DNA of 64,000 nt from the NCBI GenBank assembly GCA_964016885.1, contig OZ024742.1, forward strand, positions 99,014,001-99,078,000. Direction: 5' to 3'. Position numbers and translations under genes: made by a program. Below the pieces are notes generated by a model. The model was not told where the DNA came from and made no database searches. It worked only from the letters and a program-made list of their open reading frames with translations. The stretch comes from Eledone cirrhosa. Taxonomy: Eukaryota. This document shows, in pieces, positions 55,990 to 64,000 of the stretch. Each line of letters begins with the position of its first letter. Positions within the stretch are counted from its first letter, which is position 1.

Positions 55990-56847
55990 ATAAATTAACG
56001 GAGCCTTAGACTCTCGGCATTCCCTGTAAATAATGTGCTCAAAGGAGAGGGAATCCTGAGCTCTTTAAAATACTCTTTAAGAACCGGGGTTATTTCATTT
56101 CTGTCAACATCTTACTGCCGAAACAGATCTCTTTGGATTTGTACGTGTGTTATATAGTTATAGAGGTATTTATTTACGCTTTAATTTATATTTTTAATTA
56201 TCGTGTCTATAGTCTGCCTTTCATAGGTTATAGATTCCATACACTGGTAGTTTTTCCCTGTTTTATTGATAGTGTATCTCTTTCTGGTGTGTTCCCTTTT
56301 CAACATATTGTATTTTAAAGAGCTCAGGATTTCCTCTCCTTTGAGCACATTATTTACAGGGAATGGCGAGAGTCTATGGCTCCGTTAATTTATCGAGATA
56401 CTTCGCTCCTTATAACAGTCTTTCCTCTCTCTCTGTTTGGTTGAGCATACTTCTCTGAGTGGTTTGGGGCTGCCCTTTCTAGCAGCTCGTCCCTCAGAGG
56501 CCACTGGTTCACTGCCCTTAAACACGCTGTGACTTCTCTCTCCCACGTGTAGCTGGACAGTCACTTTAAAATTATCTTAGTGTTGTCTGAAATGTATAGC
56601 CTTAGACACGCTGAAGAACCGTGGGTTATTTCATTTCTGTCAACAACTTACTGGCGAAACAGATCTCTTTGGATTTGTACGTGTGTTATATAGTTATAGA
56701 GGTATTTATTTACGCTTTAATTTATATTTTTAATTATCGTGTCTATAGTCTGCCTTTCATAGGTTATAGATTCCATACACTGGTGGTTTTTACCCTGTTT
56801 TATTGGTAGCGCACTGTATCGCTCTCTGGTGTGTTACCTTTTCAACA

Positions 56848-56853
<6 letters not shown>
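55985..56853. mobile_element. Family I element: 536 bp partial tandem plus short inverted arm
   Basis: gaaacagatctc at 56120 and 56656; 55985-56073 is inverted relative to ~56310-56400. Confidence 0.85.
56606..56684 (+). ncRNA. Type I hammerhead ribozyme with long stems II and III
   Basis: acacg CTGAAGA a-cc-gtgggtt...aacttac-tgg-c GAAA cagatc-tctttg-gatttg TA cgtgt. Confidence 0.85.
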
Positions 56854-56909
<56 letters not shown>

Positions 56910-57344
56910 ATTTGACTGAACACCAAAGTTAACAATTTAAATCCAATAACTTTTTTGTCCGTTTCGATACATGCATATGAAAACAATCGTAAACAATTAT
57001 TAACACTATAAATAATAAATATAATTGTATTTCTCTAGGAAATGTAAGAAAAAAAGGTTTACAAAATTCAAAGATAGATAAGAATAAACCCTATATCAAA
57101 CATAGTGCGTAAAGCAAGCAATTAAATATAAAAACAGATTGTACATGGAGTTGTCGCAAAGCGCAACAATATAGGTTGAGGTGAAAAGCATTACATCATT
57201 TTTATTCCTAATGTTATTATCAATTGTCATTATACAGTTACAATAATACTTGTTATTTAGATATGCAAGGGTTGAAGTCATTTAAAGGCAGCAGTAAGCA
57301 GTAAGCATTAATATGATTACAGCTTTTCTCACCTTACCAAAACT

Positions 57345-57607
57345 AATTGTTTTTATATTTGGCACAAGGCCAGGAATTTTACCAGTGCATTACTGGTACT
57401 TTATTTTATCTACCCCGTAAGGATGAAATGCAAAGTCAACCTCGGCAGGATTTGAACTCAGACCGCAAAGGGGCGTAACTCTAAGCTACAAAGCATAGCG
57501 TCCGACCCTCCACCGATACAGCCAATCAGTGGAATACTTCATAATAACGAACTATATATTTCTTTTGAATGAAACTGTTCTAATCTTGTAGAAGCAATTC
57601 CTATGTT

Positions 57608-57663
<56 letters not shown>

Positions 57664-58350
57664 GAGAGAGAGGGGGGGGGGAAGAGAGGGAAAATATGAG
57701 TGTGACACAAGTATATAGTTAGAAATAATTGTTTCTACTTTTGGCACAAGGCCAGCAATTAACCAGTGTATTATTGGTACTTTATTTTATCGAGCCCATA
57801 AGGATGAAAGGCAAAGTTAACCTCGGCGGGATTTGAACTCAGAATGGCAAGGGCCGTAACTATATGCGTCAAAGCATGGCGCCCGACACTCTACCGATAC
57901 TGCCAATCCACATGCCTATATAGTTAGAAATAATTGTGTCTACTTTTGACACAAGGCCAGCAATTACCCAGTACATTACTGGTGCTTTATTTTATCGACC
58001 CCATAAGGATGAAAGGCAAAGTTAACCTCGGCGGGATTTGAACTCAGACCGTAAAGGGACGTATATAGTTAGAAATAATGGTTAATATGTTGTTCATATA
58101 ATTAATGGTGGCTTATGACCGCTAATATCTTAACACCATCCAACTAGCCACCCGACAATCTACCCATCATGCTTTATTTGTATTCACAGTTTACTGACAA
58201 AACTGACTTCATTTTTGACAATCTCCCATTTAAGAAGCAAAGGTAATAATTGTTTCTACTTTTGGCACAAGGCCTGCAATTCCCATTGCATTACTGGTAC
58301 TTTATTTTATCGACCCCGTAAGGATGAAAGGCAAAGTTAACCTCGGTGGG
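57345..58350 (-). mobile_element. Cluster of four same-orientation SINE copies (~57345-57530, 57727-57915, 57930-58063, 58246-58350)
   Basis: Reverse complements of 10113-10300 (ggcacaaggccagcaatt...cctcggcgggatttgaactcaga). Confidence 0.85.
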
Positions 58351-59567
58351 GCAAAGGTAATAATATTGGTGATGTTAGAAATTGTGATGTCGGTGATGGC
58401 AATGGTAGAAGTAATGATGGAGGTGGCGCTCTTCATCGTCGGCGTTGTCGTCGTCGTCGTCGTCGTCGACGACGTAGTAATAGTAGTAGTAGTAGTAGTA
58501 GTAGTCTTGATATGAGTGTAATGACGGTGGTGGTGGTATGTTGTTTGGTATTGAATTGTGGTAGTTGTAGGGGTAAGGTTGTGAAGGTTGTATGTGTGGC
58601 AATGATAATGATTGGGTGAACGTGCTAGTGGTGGCAAATGAGTTAGAAAGTTAAAATAATTGAAAGACTCTTGTTAACAGAGCAGAAATAATTTTTGCAA
58701 GAAAACAAAATACTTGCCGCCTTATTATTTAATTATTTACTGGTGGCTTTGGAAAGTTGTATGGATTGGAAGGGGTGGTTGTTGGACAGGGAGATATAGA
58801 GAGAGCCAATGACAGGGCGTAGATAGGCAGAAAAGCAGACGCAGAGAACGGCAGACAGAGGAACAGACAGACAGAGAAGAAAGCAGGCAGACTCAAAGAA
58901 ACTGAGAGAGGAATAGATCAGGCAGAAAGACAAACAGATAAAACGCAATCAAATGAAAAAAACAGACAGTAAGACATACAGAGAGAAGAAACAAAGGAAA
59001 ACAGGCAATGTGACAAATAATAAATAAAACAGGAAAACAAAATGACAGAGAGAATAACAGGCAGATACACAAAGAGACTGAATAGAAACAGAGAGTCAGA
59101 GGTAAATAGAGAAGTGGTGGTAATTTATATAGTGGTAGTAGTGGTGGGGGTAACGTTGGTGTTTTTTGGTGGATGTGGTTTGGGGCATGTCTGGCGGTTG
59201 CGATGAAATCCAAGAAGTCAGAATAAATAATGAAGTACACTTAATGAGAGTAATAACTGACAACAGATAGACAGCGGAGGTGCGGCAGATGGGGTGTTAG
59301 AGGAGTAGGCGGTGTTTGATTTGATGTAATTATGGAAGAGAAGGTAGGGAAAAGATGGAAGGAATAAAGAACAAAGAGAAATACTGGTAGGTGGAATTTA
59401 AAAGATATACAGGAATATATAAAATAAAAGTTGTGATGTACTGAGAGTAATGGGGGGGGGGGGGCAATGGAGCCTATTTTGGCAGTAGTACACATAAAGA
59501 TATAGCTAGGTAGATAAATAAGGTTGCACATTCATATATATATGCATATATATATATATATATATAT

Positions 59568-59597
<30 letters not shown>

Positions 59598-59601
<4 letters not shown>

Positions 59602-60153
59602 TAAGACAAACATGTTAAATTTGGCTTCGTTTATTAGAAATTCTCTGGTATATATATTTCAGTGACAGCTATCATTGGCATGGCATTACGAATTATTGTA
59701 GAAAAAACAGGTAAACATGGTGTTGAAATGTGTTCCTCTATGTCAATTCATCGATATGTCCAGCTCCTGTGAGTGTTGTTAGTCCTCGAAGAACTGGAAT
59801 CATATCCAGTTGATTCTATATGATTCCAGTTCCTCGGAGGACTAACAACACACCCAGGAGCTGGACATATCGATGAATTGACACTGGAATCCATTTCAAC
59901 ACCATGTTTACCTGTTTATTAATTCGTACATTAATTTGTACATTAATTCGTACTGCCTGATGAGGTCACAGCCAATAATAGCTGTAACTGAAATATATAT
60001 AGCAGAGAATTTATAATAAACGAAGCCAAATTTAACATGTTTGACTTACTTATTTTACATTACTCCGGAGTAAACAAACCAGCCTGCCTACTTCGTCAAG
60101 TGCTCCAACCTGCTTACTGAGGTGTCGGTAAACAACCAACACATACTCAAAAT
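59598..60153. mobile_element. Fold-back HHR element related to family A, with nested palindrome at 59706-59916; short copy at ~36203-36300
   Basis: HHR 59953-60005: ctgc CTGATGA ggtc-acagc...gctgt-aact GAAA tatata TA gcag; 59598-59680 is inverted relative to ~59965-60052. Confidence 0.8.
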
Positions 60154-60163
60154 GTATATATAC

Positions 60164-60216
<53 letters not shown>

Positions 60217-60969
60217 TTGCAAGGTTTTTGATATGAAATCGTGTGTCGAAACAAATATTGTTATACTTGGGGAGGGTCACATTATTGTAATAATATTGTC
60301 AGAAATAACAGAACACACTCACTGTTTCGTTGGTTTTCGCTTCTGTTTCTTTTATATCTCCATAGTTAATTTATTTGGCAATCAATGTTTATCATTGATT
60401 GACCAACGGTTAAAAATATAGATATGAATATATATACATATAGTCTAACAAAGTTGTTTCGTTGCACATCTACAACATCATCAGTGGGTTTATTATGTTT
60501 CCTCCCATTGTATTGTATTGTATATATCAACTACTCGAATTTCACCACTCATCCCTAACGGAAGAATTCTATTTGCCTCTTCTTTAAAAGGTCACGTGTT
60601 TCTGTCACAGCTTTTGAGGATGCTGTCACTACCACGGCGAGGGCCCGTATTAACTCCGGCAGTCTCTCATAGTAAATCTTCCGTTAGTTTTAGGACTGAA
60701 CCCTAGTTATAAGAAATTTCTAATATTTAGAAAACATAGACCGGGTTCTGCATGCAGCAGTTACAATTGCATCGGCTTGTATAGAACGCGGTAATGAAAC
60801 TGTTAAAGTTATGAGCAGTATACATGATCCCACACTAAGTAATTTACCCACTGCTTAATATTTATCTGACTTGTGGATTCGTAATTACAACAAATTCAGC
60901 GAGTGGATAGCGACAGGGCTATGTCTAATCTAAATGTATAACTCATACCTAATTATATATATATATATT

Positions 60970-61088
<119 letters not shown>

Positions 61089-61153
61089 AGTAAGAATATT
61101 TTCGAAACAGCGAGTTGATTTGAAATTATTAGAAATGTAAGCTATCGCCGTTT

Positions 61154-61293
<140 letters not shown>

Positions 61294-61570
61294 AAAAAGG
61301 GATGAAATCGAAAATGCAACTGAAGTCTTATTTTTAAAAAAAAATATATATATTTATTTGGTTCCTTTACCGGTTTCGCAGTTCTTCTGCTTTTCAAAAG
61401 GTGAGTTGAGATGGAGGGTCTGCGAAACCGGTAAAGGAACCAAATAAATATATATATATTTTTTTAAAAAATAAGACTTCAGTTGCATTTTCGATTTCAT
61501 CCCTTTTTCTTTATACTTCCACTCGTGTAGGACACCTCGGTTATTTTTCATTTTGTAAAAAAAACCTCAC

Positions 61571-61646
<76 letters not shown>

Positions 61647-62883
61647 AGGAGATGTTAAGGGCAATGCGCTAGAGACGGTTGTTGTTACCATGCAACTTCT
61701 TTGTCAGTGCATATGTCAAGGTTAATTTCTTTGATCAATAAAGGGCTGATTCCACGGTGGCATTGAATAACCTGATTGTGGAGTGATTGATTTGTGCTGG
61801 GTCGACTTTAGGAATAGAGTGGATAGCGCCTAATACTTGACGGATTCGAGTCTCTGGCATTTGCCAGAGTGGCATGGGCTTTATTCGTGGTTATGTTTGA
61901 GAACTCCATAGTGTTTTCAAGTAACTAAGATGAGTTGATGAATAGCCAGTTCTAACAACTGGCGATTATCCGCTAACGGGGTTGGTTGACGATTGACTGT
62001 CCGTTGGTTGAAGCGGTTCTTCCGTCAAACAGTGTCATGTAGTTTCGCCGAATTATGATCATACGTCGAATGAGATCAATGTACCGAACTTCATATCTGA
62101 TACTGCTTCCCATGCCTTCATTCTTACCCTAGCTCGGGGATTTTTCTTTATTGAGGTTAACTCCTCAAGGGGTTTTAGTCACTTATATATATAAAAATAG
62201 GAAATGCAAAATGAAGCAAGATAACGTTATTCTTTTAATTTATTTTAGAAAATTAAATGTCACACACACACACACACATACACAGAGACACTCACACACA
62301 TACACATACACACACACACGCGCACACACAAAGACGCACACACACTTATATACTTACTATAGGACTGTCGTTGAGTCTTGCATATTCCTCCGACCTTTTA
62401 ATGTGTTTTATTTATGTCCATATATCACCCGCTTCACGAAGCATTCGTGTCTGGTGTGCCGATTTAGTCACCTACGACCCGATCGTATGATGTACTAGGT
62501 TAAATGTTACCAGTAGCACTTGAAGGGTGTGGGTGTAAATACAGCGCCCGTGTGATGGTGTTATATAGAATGAACTAAAATATCAAAGACATCCTACAAT
62601 CTATTTAGTGTAATTTAATATAAGCTAATATCTCTGGAATCAGAATCTTGAAATATTGAGGGTGATTATTTTCTTGGGAAGTTTACTAGGTAATACTCAA
62701 AACAAATTTTAAAAGCTTTTAACATTTACAAATTTCAACAATTTAACAATTTTTAACAATCTAAGATATTAAAAATGATAGGAGCGTAATCAATGTGTTT
62801 AGTGTATTTTAAACAGCTTCAACGCATTTTCAAGTATATAATATTTGTATAAGTTGACTATGTAAACTATTGTAGAGTGAATA

Positions 62884-62922
<39 letters not shown>

Positions 62923-63129
62923 ATAATAATAAATTTGAAGACTAAAATACAAAGAGGGTTTGATAAGGATAAATATATATAAAATATATAAGAACCGTAC
63001 AGCAAATATTTATTAAAATTACAGATTAAAGTTTAAGCAAAGAATCGCTCCTTAAAGGAACCTTCTGAAACTAAAAAATCAATCTGTGAACGCAGAAGTA
63101 AATATTTCAAAAAACGTTGCAACTGGAGG

Positions 63130-63455
63130 AAGACAGGAAGACGAGACTTTGGTTCGTGGAAACGTTCCTTGGCAAAGAACGGGAAAAAACGAAGATAATA
63201 AGTCATTATTTGGAGCGGTGAAAAAGAATTACACGCACAAAGAAAACCACGTTTATGGTATAAAAGAAGTCGTAGACTAATATTCTATTAGGTGGTTCAC
63301 GGAGACGTTCTCTGGCAATGAACGGAAAAAAACGAAGAAAAAAACGAAGAAAAAACGAAGAAAATACGTCATTATCTGGATCGGAGAGAACAATTGCACG
63401 CAAAGACAAAACCACGTAAATGGTATAACTAAAGTCGTAGACTAAAATTCTACCT
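63130..63455. repeat. Diverged ~165 bp tandem duplication
   Basis: gtcattat...cacgca...aaaaccacgt...tggtataa...aagtcgtagactaa occurs twice. Confidence 0.7.
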
Positions 63456-64000
63456 AGGAAACCGAATGATTCTCGGCTTCAGAGTTAAGAATAAAGTAAA
63501 TAAAACACAGAGGTAATTGAAATTAAATAAATACATACACCATCCATATACGAACATATACAAGCATACGCGAAATCACTCGCCATAAGTATACAAATAC
63601 AAGCACGTACACAAAAAAACATGCACACACATACAGAAACCACGCAATGCCTGTACCCACACACATACGAATGTATACACCAAATACACATAAAAATATA
63701 TATAAAATATATATATATATGTGTGAGTGTGTGTGTGCGTGTATACATATAATTAAATAAACGTATATAAATAAATAAATACGTATATAACGCGCCCACA
63801 CACATACCTACATGTAAATACACATATGTTCGGAGACTACGTCAACCAAAACACAAAGTACACGTATACACACACCCTACATACGTACGAACCCGCATAC
63901 TCACACAGACGCAAAACTCGCGTATACATATAACCAAATGCATATGTACCAGAATATATAATATATACGCCATAACATATACAATCAAATATACGTACGA

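Overview
Repeat-saturated, AT-rich eukaryotic DNA with no host protein-coding gene that I can support; almost all ORFs in the track are translations of (TA)n, (CA)n, (GAA)n or (AAC)n repeats. The tRNA-derived SINEs resemble those I recognise from octopus, so a cephalopod origin is inferred, not proven. Coding remnants are all retroelements: a Penelope-like element (RT + C-terminal GIY-YIG) with an inverted pLTR arm (15240-18385), a near full-length RTE-type LINE (29362-32660), a decayed RTE (51260-53150), L1/Tx1 fragments and a CRE-type restriction-like endonuclease fragment. The main signal was found by reading by eye. About 20 type I hammerhead ribozyme (HHR) motifs, from intact-looking to degenerate, occur in more than 10 unrelated non-coding families, nearly all inserted in (TA)n. 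Several form 0.3-0.55 kb or 2.8 kb head-to-tail units (retrozyme-like). Many share a fold-back architecture with two outward-facing 3' ends at two family-specific positions about 40-140 nt apart. No folding or database search was run and boundaries are approximate.
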